Assembly: GCF_008000775.2 (NCBI RefSeq)
Contig: NZ_CP042905.2
Span: forward strand, 930,001 to 962,000
Direction: 5' to 3'
DNA: 32,000 bases
Source: Promethearchaeum syntrophicum
Lineage (GTDB): Archaea; Asgardarchaeota; Lokiarchaeia; Sigyniarchaeales; Promethearchaeaceae
The notes under the pieces: model-generated
Database searches by the model: none
The model's input: the letters and a program-made list of their open reading frames with translations, nothing else
Told to the model about the DNA's origin: nothing
Shown: piece after piece, positions 19,475 to 27,385 of the stretch
Layout of the letters: each line of letters begins with the position of its first letter
How positions within the stretch are numbered: the first letter of the stretch is position 1
Translations under genes and position numbers: made by a program

Positions 19475-20380
19475 ATGACTTCATTATTCTATAGTGAACC
19501 CGTTTTCAGACCACCATCGGAAGGAAACTCTCTTCTCCTTACTGTTTCTATCGGATGCAGCTTTAATTGCACATTTTGCTACCCTTATAAACATAAGAAA
19601 TTTTCTATCAGAGATATCGAAGATATAAAGCGAGATATTGATATATCAAAAAAAATTTATGGAGATTCGATAAGGAAAATTTTCCTCTTAGATGGAAATG
19701 CATTTGCTTTAGCACCTGAGAAATTAATCGAAATTTCAAATTATTGTTATAAACAACACAAAAACCTCAAAAGAGTAAGTGCATATGCTCATGCAAACGA
19801 TATTATAAGTAAATCAGATGAAGATTTATTGAGAATTGCAAAATCTGGGCTTAAAATGGTTTATTTGGGGATTGAAACGGGAGATAATGCTCTACTTAAA
19901 ACAATTAATAAGAAAACTTCTGCAGAAAATCTAACTAAAGCAGCTTATAAATTACACAATTCAGGAATAATCTTGTCTGGAACTATTATTTTAGGATTAG
20001 CAGGGAATATACCAGATTTAAGTAAAAAACATGCAATTTTAACTGCAAAACTGATAAATCAGATGAATCCGATAAGAAACCAGTTATGGTATATATCGGC
20101 TTTAAGTTTAATGATTCCCCCAGAAACCATTATAAAACAACAGGTTGAAAATGGAATTTTTACTCCTTTAAATCAGAAAGATACTTTGAAGGAATTAAAA
20201 TTCTTATTAGAGAATATTTCTGATGACCTTCATGGTTGTATTTTTCGTTCAAATCATGCTTCAAATTATTTAGCTTTAAAAGGTGTATTGGCCAACGATA
20301 AATATGATCTGATTGAAAAAGTAAAATATGGGTTGGATCATCCCGAATCTTTACGGCCTGAATATTATCGAGGGCTTTAG
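19475..20380 (+). CDS. Radical SAM protein
   Basis: FRPPSEGNSLLLTVSIGCSFNCTFCYPYKHKKF (CxxxCxxC), YLGIETG, SGTIILGLAG. Confidence 0.93.
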   Translation: MTSLFYSEPVFRPPSEGNSLLLTVSIGCSFNCTFCYPYKHKKFSIRDIEDIKRDIDISKKIYGDSIRKIFLLDGNAFALAPEKLIEISNYCYKQHKNLKRVSAYAHANDIISKSDEDLLRIAKSGLKMVYLGIETGDNALLKTINKKTSAENLTKAAYKLHNSGIILSGTIILGLAGNIPDLSKKHAILTAKLINQMNPIRNQLWYISALSLMIPPETIIKQQVENGIFTPLNQKDTLKELKFLLENISDDLHGCIFRSNHASNYLALKGVLANDKYDLIEKVKYGLDHPESLRPEYYRGL

Positions 20381-20482
20381 AAATCGATGAAATAATTATT
20401 GATTACAGCTACGACCTATAATCTAGAATTCCAAACAAATATTAATTATATACTCACCCATTATATATAAGAAGGTTAAACT

Positions 20483-21565
20483 ATGGAAAAACAATTTTTA
20501 GACTATTTAGATTCTGAAAAAAAGATCATAAATAGTTCCGTTCAAAATTATTTTCAACAGGCAATTCAACTTGAAGAAGAACCGTTTTTACGAGAGTTTC
20601 TTTCATTCGGGCAATATTTTATAGTTCAGGGAGGACGCAGATTACTTCCCATCTCTTTGAAAAATACATTCATGGGTTTAAGCTCAGAAAAAGATATTTT
20701 GGAATATTCTGAGGCAATTTATAACGTTAGTATTTCAATTGAGATGTTACATGTATCTAATTTGATGATTGATGACTTAATTGATAAAGAAGAATATCGC
20801 CGTGGGAATAAGACTTTTCATCGCTTTATAGGAGATAAAATGACCCATCTTAATCAGGTAGATTTGGAAGAATATGCAATTTCTTCGACTATATACGGCG
20901 CTAATATTATATCATTAATGGGATCGCAAATAATTAAAAATTCAAAATTTGATTCTATTAGGAAAGAAAAAGCTCTTGTGTTATATCTAAATGGAATGTT
21001 AGGAATGAGTCGAGCTCATCTTCTTGAAGAATATTATAAACAAGTTCCATTAGAGAAAATTAATCTTGAAAATTATCTTATTTTGGCGGATAAAAGAGCT
21101 AAACAGATGGAAACAGCTGTTGGATTAGGGGCTGTTTTTGGAAATGCGCGAAAATCCCAAATGGGGCCATTAATGCAAGCTATGAATAAAATCGGAATCA
21201 TATCTCAAGTGGTCAATGACATTGATGGAAGTTTTGGAAAAAAAGTGGACAAAAAATCCCTAGATTCTGACATAAAAAGTGGCCAAAGTACTATCCTAAC
21301 AGTGGTTGCATACCAAAGTGCCGATAAAAAGCAAAAAAAAATACTCAATAGTGTATTAGGTAATAGGAATGCAACATCTGAAGAAATTAACTCTGTTAGA
21401 GAAATTTTTCAAGAAACAGAAGCGGTTAATTTCGCAACAATATATTCCAATAATCTCAAAAATGATGTTTACCGAAATTTACAACGAGTTTATCCAGGAT
21501 TTCGAAAAGAAATCATGAATTTTTATTCTCAACTTTTAGGATATATAACTGATTATAAAGATTGA
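20483..21565 (+). CDS. Polyprenyl (geranylgeranyl-like) diphosphate synthase homologue with degenerate second Asp-rich motif
   Basis: FRM-like first motif HVSNLMIDDLIDKEEYRRG; second motif reads VVNDIDG instead of DDxxD; DIKSGQSTILTV. Confidence 0.88.
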   Translation: MEKQFLDYLDSEKKIINSSVQNYFQQAIQLEEEPFLREFLSFGQYFIVQGGRRLLPISLKNTFMGLSSEKDILEYSEAIYNVSISIEMLHVSNLMIDDLIDKEEYRRGNKTFHRFIGDKMTHLNQVDLEEYAISSTIYGANIISLMGSQIIKNSKFDSIRKEKALVLYLNGMLGMSRAHLLEEYYKQVPLEKINLENYLILADKRAKQMETAVGLGAVFGNARKSQMGPLMQAMNKIGIISQVVNDIDGSFGKKVDKKSLDSDIKSGQSTILTVVAYQSADKKQKKILNSVLGNRNATSEEINSVREIFQETEAVNFATIYSNNLKNDVYRNLQRVYPGFRKEIMNFYSQLLGYITDYKD

Positions 21566-22332
21566 GGAGAATTGAAAGAACATTTGGTAGGTTGAGAAAG
21601 ATTAGCTCTGATAAAATAAAGAAAAAAAATCATTTGGCATTTGAAAATCAAATAATTAAAAGAAATTATTATTTATTGAAACATCACTTATTATTCCTAT
21701 TGGATTCTGGTCTTGATTTTCTGAAAAGAGAATACGTTAAGCGAAATAGTGAGACATCTTTTATGGAGTTTACTTCCCAGAATTATTACGATTTTATTTT
21801 GAAAGATTATATTCGTAAGAAAATAAAAAACCAAATAAATTCCATTTTAAATTCTGGTTTATTGTGTATTAAGCACATGGTTGATGATACAGTTGATCCT
21901 GATTTTTTAGATCAACTTATTAATAAAAATTACCCAGAATATGAATCAAATGATCTAAGTTTGTTGCATTCTTCAAATAACCATCCTGGATTTTCAGAAT
22001 TAAAAACAATTAGCCAACTTACATTTAGGATTGCAATTATCCAGACTGCTTATATTCTTTCATGTCAAGATCTTGAAATAAAAACTTATCTTCAATTAAT
22101 GAAGAAAGTTTTTCCCACGAAAAAAGATAGTCAAGAAGCACTAAATTCAATATTTTCAATGTTTAATCAAATGGTGGATTGCTTTGAAAGGCACTTACAG
22201 ATGATTACAATACCTTTTTATAAACCAACATTCAATATAAGGGATTTTCAATTCGTTCGGATATGTTATGAATACGCAATTAAGATAGTTGATGAACAAT
22301 TAAATGAATTATATCCGGAGGAAGAATTATGA
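21562..22332 (+). CDS. All-helical protein of unknown function containing DDTVD
   Basis: 256-aa ORF overlapping the stop of the prenyl synthase by 4 nt and overlapping the next gene by 4 nt; KHMVDDTVDPDFL. Confidence 0.75.
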   Translation: MRRIERTFGRLRKISSDKIKKKNHLAFENQIIKRNYYLLKHHLLFLLDSGLDFLKREYVKRNSETSFMEFTSQNYYDFILKDYIRKKIKNQINSILNSGLLCIKHMVDDTVDPDFLDQLINKNYPEYESNDLSLLHSSNNHPGFSELKTISQLTFRIAIIQTAYILSCQDLEIKTYLQLMKKVFPTKKDSQEALNSIFSMFNQMVDCFERHLQMITIPFYKPTFNIRDFQFVRICYEYAIKIVDEQLNELYPEEEL

Positions 22333-23120
22333 AGAAAAATTCAATGCAGAAAATTAAACCCGAAATTAGGACTTCACTAAAAAGTTTAGGTTTTACTGAT
22401 TATAATATAAATATCTACTTAGCACTTCTTAATTCTGGAGAAATGAATGCTCATGAATTATCTAAGAAAACTGGAGTACCTTACTCAAGAATTTACGAAG
22501 TATTAAACGAAATGACAAATAATCAAAAATTATTAACAAAAATCGATGGACGCCCCTCAACCTTTGTTGCAAATAATCCAAAAGAGATTTTTAAATCAAT
22601 TAAACAAAAGAAAGATGATGAATTTGAAGAGAACATGAAAATGTCGCTTCCGTATCTTAATAATCTTTACGGGGATCACAATTTAGCTAAACAGATGTCT
22701 TTTACGGTTTTCGAAGGTGCAAAATCTTGTAGAGATCATGTAAGAAATGTCTTAAACTTCACGGTAAAAAATTTATCATTTTCATTGAAAGAAATTGATG
22801 AGGTTTATAGTGCAATTAAGGTTAATTTCGATTTCTTAAAACGAATCGGCTGCAAAGTACGAATTATTCTTGAGGAACGATTTCGAAATTCAGAAATTTA
22901 TGAAGAAGTAAAAAAAAATTGTGAAATAAGATTTGTTCCAATAATTCATGAAACTCTCTTAATTTCTGATGAAAAAACGGCGATTATGGCAATAAAATCA
23001 AATTTCAATATACTAAAACCTTCAGAAATTTCATTTACAATAATTTCCTCTTCTGATTTAATGTTTGTGACTTTTGTATCTGAAATTTTCAATCGAAATT
23101 GGAAAATTTCAAAAGAATAG
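22329..23120 (+). CDS. TrmB-family transcriptional regulator
   Basis: LKSLGFTDYNINIYLALLNSGEMNAHELSKKTGVPYSRIYEVLNEM, followed by an effector-domain-like region. Confidence 0.92.
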   Translation: MKKNSMQKIKPEIRTSLKSLGFTDYNINIYLALLNSGEMNAHELSKKTGVPYSRIYEVLNEMTNNQKLLTKIDGRPSTFVANNPKEIFKSIKQKKDDEFEENMKMSLPYLNNLYGDHNLAKQMSFTVFEGAKSCRDHVRNVLNFTVKNLSFSLKEIDEVYSAIKVNFDFLKRIGCKVRIILEERFRNSEIYEEVKKNCEIRFVPIIHETLLISDEKTAIMAIKSNFNILKPSEISFTIISSSDLMFVTFVSEIFNRNWKISKE

Positions 23121-23173
23121 AGGTATTCGTTTAAAAATTTTGTTTAAAAAAAAAATGGGTTTCCATTATGCGT

Positions 23174-23226
23174 GGATAATCTCATATAAAAATCCAATGG
23201 TTTATATTTTATATTCATCGATAACC
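23174..23226 (-). promoter_or_regulatory. Candidate SECIS element in selD 3' UTR (eukaryote/Lokiarchaeota-like)
   Basis: Minus-strand RNA GGUUAUCG-AUGA-AUAUAAAA-UAUAAACCAUUGGAU-UUUUAUAU-GA-GAUUAUCC: perfect 8-bp upper helix flanked by AUGA/GA non-Watson-Crick core, imperfect lower helix, AAA in the apical region. Confidence 0.6.
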
Positions 23227-23240
23227 CTTTTTTCATGAAA

Positions 23241-24278
23241 TTACTTGAAATCTGCCACTTCTATGAGAAGATTCTTTTCCTGAAATTTGATTGATTGATG
23301 CTTTTTTGAAATTTTACCCACTTCAAACCACCAAACATTATTATCTTCTAAAGCATGGATAAAATTGTCAAATTCTTTCGGGTCGACCGCTATCAGCATA
23401 GGTCCTGCAATTTCAGGTGAAAATCCCTCACGCAATCGATATCCAAAGTAATCCGCGAGCGAAACTGTTGTAGGTATTACTGGAATCTGTGAAATATCTG
23501 CTCCCAAATTTGAATCTTCAAGCATTTCCTCAAGATGTCCAGCAAAACCAAAGCCAGTAATGTCGGTCATAGCGTGGATTGAGTTGAAGAAATTTCCTTC
23601 ATGGATAACTTTCACAACGTTCCGATTTGAGGTTGTCATGCATTTTACTCCAGTATCGATAGATTTTTTAATTTCATCCAAATTATAATCATCCAATAGT
23701 TTAATTTCACTCTTCATCACCCTATAGGCTGCCATGATCGGCTGAACTCCTAAAGGTTTTGTCAAAATTAGCCGATCTGACATCTTGATTCCTCTCTTAC
23801 CAATGATTTCAGAATTTTTTATAATTGCTGATGCTGATCCTCCGAATAATGGCCATGGATTATATATAGTATGCCCTCCATGCACATCGGTTTCGATATC
23901 TTTGAGAAAATCTCTCATACCATCAATGATCTTTACTGGGAAATCTTTTGGGATATCAGTTGGAACTCCTATGAATGCAGAATAATTTGAAACATTTAAC
24001 GCATTTAACGCAAACAGATCGTTGGTTACATTACATGCTGCAATTTTTCCCATCATATAAGGATCGTCATGAATCGCGGTAAAGATGTCTATATTTGAAA
24101 TTAATTTATCTCCTTTGTCATTAATGGAAATAATGGAGCAATCTTCTGCTTTAGATGGTAACCCAGCGGATGTTAAAATTTCTTTTAATTTTGTGGCAGG
24201 AATTTTACAAGATCATCCATGAAGTGAACACTTTTGTGTCAAAAGATATTCATAAGATTTTTTTCTCTGTTCACTCAT
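23241..24278 (-). CDS. selD: Selenophosphate synthetase (selenide, water dikinase), probable selenoprotein with in-frame TGA
   Basis: Frame extends from the called ATG at 24056 to ATG 24278: MSEQRKKSYEYLLTQKCSLHG(U)SCKIPATKLKEILTSAG...ISNIDIFTAIHDDPYMMGKIAACNVTNDLFA. TGA is at 24213-24215 (minus strand), and a perfect SD GGAGGTG lies at 24284-24290. Confidence 0.95.
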
Positions 24279-24347
24279 AAATTCACCTCCGATATTGCTA
24301 TTGAAAATTAACATATTAGAATAAATTAAAAGAATTCGGTTTCAAAA

Positions 24348-27095
24348 CTAAAGAATTATTTCTCCTTGCTTGGAGAAACTTTTAATTTCCCCAAATGGGT
24401 TTGTATAAGTTACATTTAACAAGAATTTCTGTAATTCGTAGCGTTTTTGGAGGTCGATATTCTTATCTTTGATTTTAGAAATTCGAAAAACCCATTTAAT
24501 AACGCGAATTGCTTCAGGTTCAAATTCTCGAATAAAAATCTCGGTAGGATCACTATTTTCTTTTTGGTATTGTAAGAATTCAGGATGAATAAAAATCATT
24601 CCGATATCCGATATGAAAAACTTAGTTGGGTTGTATACTCTCAGAGAAAATATTAATTTGGTTCCTATAATTTCAACTTTTCTGAAAAATGATAATAATC
24701 TCTCTTCCATAGGTTTTTGCGGTTGAATTAAAAGATCATCTTCAATTTCTGCTATTATCGTTTGGTTTTGAATTAGTATTATTAATTTTTCTTTAAGTTC
24801 TTTTGTTGTAAGGGATAATATTTTTCCTAAATGTTCAATAGAAATCGGGTTAATATATTTAAGATATTCTTTTATTTCTTCAGTAAAAATAGTCTTATCA
24901 ATTTCGTTTTTAAAACTAAAAATTTTTTCCAAAAGATTGTCTTTAACTTGCGTCCAATTATTTAGATATTTCCTAATTTCATTGGCGGATGTTATTGGTA
25001 TATTAATTTTATCAATGTTCTCATAATTACGATTAATTTCTCTATTATTATCTTCAATAGAGCTATATAAATTATTAATTGTTAATTGAATTAAATTTCG
25101 CGCTTCTTTAAATCTACGAACTTGGATTTCCTTTTTAATAGGTTCAGAAATCTTATCAAATCTCTCCAAAACATCTCGTTGACTTGAAATTGCCTGAATA
25201 ATTATATTCTGCAGATTAGTGCTCAAAAATTCATAAGTAATTTTCTTTTTAAGGGGGGATATTTCATGAGAAACTTCTTTCGTCGTTTCTTGAAAAACAC
25301 TAAACTTATGAAAAACGTTAGCAAGGTATTGTTGTATTTCTATTTTAATATCGATCCAAGTGACTGTAATCTCTTTTAAAAATTCTTTGAATTCCAAATT
25401 ATTTAACCAGGTTTGACCGATATCAAACTCAAGCTTAAATAATTTTTCGCGAATGCTTGAGATATTATTTAAAAATTCCTCTGTTCTTTTAATATCTTCA
25501 TCATCCATTTTTTCTTCAAGAAGAACTTCCATTTTTTTAATAGATTCGTATTCGGTCTTTACTACATCAATTCGATCCTTTAATTCAGAAAGAAGAATAT
25601 CTAATTCTTTAATGTAGTCTGCTCGTCCATCGCAAATTAAGTTATATATTGATGAATTTACATCCGAGATATTTTCAAGTATTTCTTCCTTTATATCTAT
25701 AAAATCTTGAATTACCTCAACATTAAATCTCTTAAATTCTGATTCGTGTAGTATCTTCTCAAATTCATCCAATTTTTCTGCTATTCGATTTCCTTCTTCT
25801 TCTAAAAATATTTCAGATTGGATGAATTTCTTTTGATTAACATAAGATTCTGCTTTTTTTCGTAAATTTTGGGTTTGTTTTTGAAATAAATCTAAATTAG
25901 AATAAAATTTTTTACTTTTTAGAGCAATTTCTTCAATTTCTTTATCAATATCATTAAAAATGTTATTTATTTTTTGTAGAGAAGACTCAATTTCATCTAA
26001 AACATCTAAATCTTCTTCATTTTGCTGCCAATTCTTTAAATTTATCGCTGTCCAGACACAAATTGACTTAATATGTAATACATAGGAAAGATCACCAAGT
26101 AAACTAATAATTTTTTTTCTTTGTCGCCAATCATCAGGATCTAAACTTTGAAATATTATAAAAATTTCTTCTTCGAAACCATCTGGTTTTTCCATATAAA
26201 TTTTCAATAAGCAATTGGTTATCAAATTCCTAATGGGAATCTTTGGAACAACCAGTTGTCCAATCATAATTGGTAACATTTCTTTCATATTTTGAAGCGT
26301 GATATATATTAATGTTTCAGAGATTCCTTGGCCAATATCATCACTAAAATCATTAATAAATGGTTTGAAAAATTCTAGAAGAGCAGGTCCATGATTCATG
26401 CCAATTTTCACAAAAGAATCAATTGTTTTTGTTTGAATTATCATGATTTCATCAGAAAACATCAAAACCAGATTCTGAAAAAGTTTATAAATTTCATCAA
26501 AGAAATAATCTCCAATTTCTCCAATAATCCAAATAATTTTTTCTCTAATCATCCAATCTACATCTTCTAATAGAGGAGATAAAAGTGCATGAATTTTGAA
26601 AGAATCCAAATGAAAACAGAGAGCTTTCAATACTTCAGCTGATAAACCCCGAACTTCTTCATCTGGGTCTCTTAGCAAAATAATCACATTTTCTTTTAAA
26701 ATATCAATCATTTCATTTGGAGGGTCTGATTCTGGTGTTAAAAAGGATAGTACCATTTCCAAAGCCCGTGCTCTCACTGTCCATGAATCATCTTCAAGAG
26801 TTCGACTAAAAGTAAAATAAAGTTCTGGATATTGTATGAAAGAGTTTTTTAAAATAGATCCTACAAGTAAAACCGCGGATTCTCTTACGTTTTTATCAGA
26901 ATCAAAGAGTCTTGCTTCAATTTTTTCTATCAAAACATCAAAATCCTTAGGATGAATTAGATAAAGTTTCTTTAATATTTGAAGCGATTCTTGTCGGATC
27001 CAATATTCAGAATGATCTAATAAGGTATTTATCTTTTCTAAAGTTAAGAGGGCTGTGTGGTCTGATTTATCACTAATATTATTTAAAATTCCCAA
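24348..27095 (-). CDS. Large HEAT-repeat / coiled-coil protein with C-terminal beta-rich domain
   Basis: Tandem HEAT-like units (DSDKNVRESAVLLVGSIL; DDSWTVRARALEMVLSFL; DPDEEVRGLSAEVLKAL; DVDWMIREKIIWIIGEI), long coiled-coil, then KLIFSLRVYNPTKFFISDIGMIFIHPEF. True 5' end is probably upstream of the TTG at 27095. Confidence 0.9.
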   Translation of the reverse strand: MGILNNISDKSDHTALLTLEKINTLLDHSEYWIRQESLQILKKLYLIHPKDFDVLIEKIEARLFDSDKNVRESAVLLVGSILKNSFIQYPELYFTFSRTLEDDSWTVRARALEMVLSFLTPESDPPNEMIDILKENVIILLRDPDEEVRGLSAEVLKALCFHLDSFKIHALLSPLLEDVDWMIREKIIWIIGEIGDYFFDEIYKLFQNLVLMFSDEIMIIQTKTIDSFVKIGMNHGPALLEFFKPFINDFSDDIGQGISETLIYITLQNMKEMLPIMIGQLVVPKIPIRNLITNCLLKIYMEKPDGFEEEIFIIFQSLDPDDWRQRKKIISLLGDLSYVLHIKSICVWTAINLKNWQQNEEDLDVLDEIESSLQKINNIFNDIDKEIEEIALKSKKFYSNLDLFQKQTQNLRKKAESYVNQKKFIQSEIFLEEEGNRIAEKLDEFEKILHESEFKRFNVEVIQDFIDIKEEILENISDVNSSIYNLICDGRADYIKELDILLSELKDRIDVVKTEYESIKKMEVLLEEKMDDEDIKRTEEFLNNISSIREKLFKLEFDIGQTWLNNLEFKEFLKEITVTWIDIKIEIQQYLANVFHKFSVFQETTKEVSHEISPLKKKITYEFLSTNLQNIIIQAISSQRDVLERFDKISEPIKKEIQVRRFKEARNLIQLTINNLYSSIEDNNREINRNYENIDKINIPITSANEIRKYLNNWTQVKDNLLEKIFSFKNEIDKTIFTEEIKEYLKYINPISIEHLGKILSLTTKELKEKLIILIQNQTIIAEIEDDLLIQPQKPMEERLLSFFRKVEIIGTKLIFSLRVYNPTKFFISDIGMIFIHPEFLQYQKENSDPTEIFIREFEPEAIRVIKWVFRISKIKDKNIDLQKRYELQKFLLNVTYTNPFGEIKSFSKQGEIIL

Positions 27096-27385
27096 TAATA
27101 CTTCTAAAAGGTCTTTTTTATCCTCAGAGAGTGCTTCAGAAATATAACTATTAGTTAATTCTATAGCACTATCATACCTTTTTTTAGCAATTAGTTTATT
27201 AATTTCTTTAATTTGCTTTGGGATTTTTACTTTTTGCTTCGCCGTCTCTGTTTCGACTCCAATTATTAAATTTCGAAATATCGTATGCTTTTACATTGAA
27301 AGTAAATTACTCAATCTTAAATTTTTGTTGTTCATACTTAGAATGCCAAAATTTATCTCTTTTTGTAATTTTTTCCTTATAGAGT

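Noticed and set aside
24056-24278. selD as a frameshifted or nonsense pseudogene
   Set aside because: Only one TGA interrupts the frame, exactly at the catalytic Sec/Cys site, with intact SD, start and homology on both sides; selenocysteine is the better explanation.
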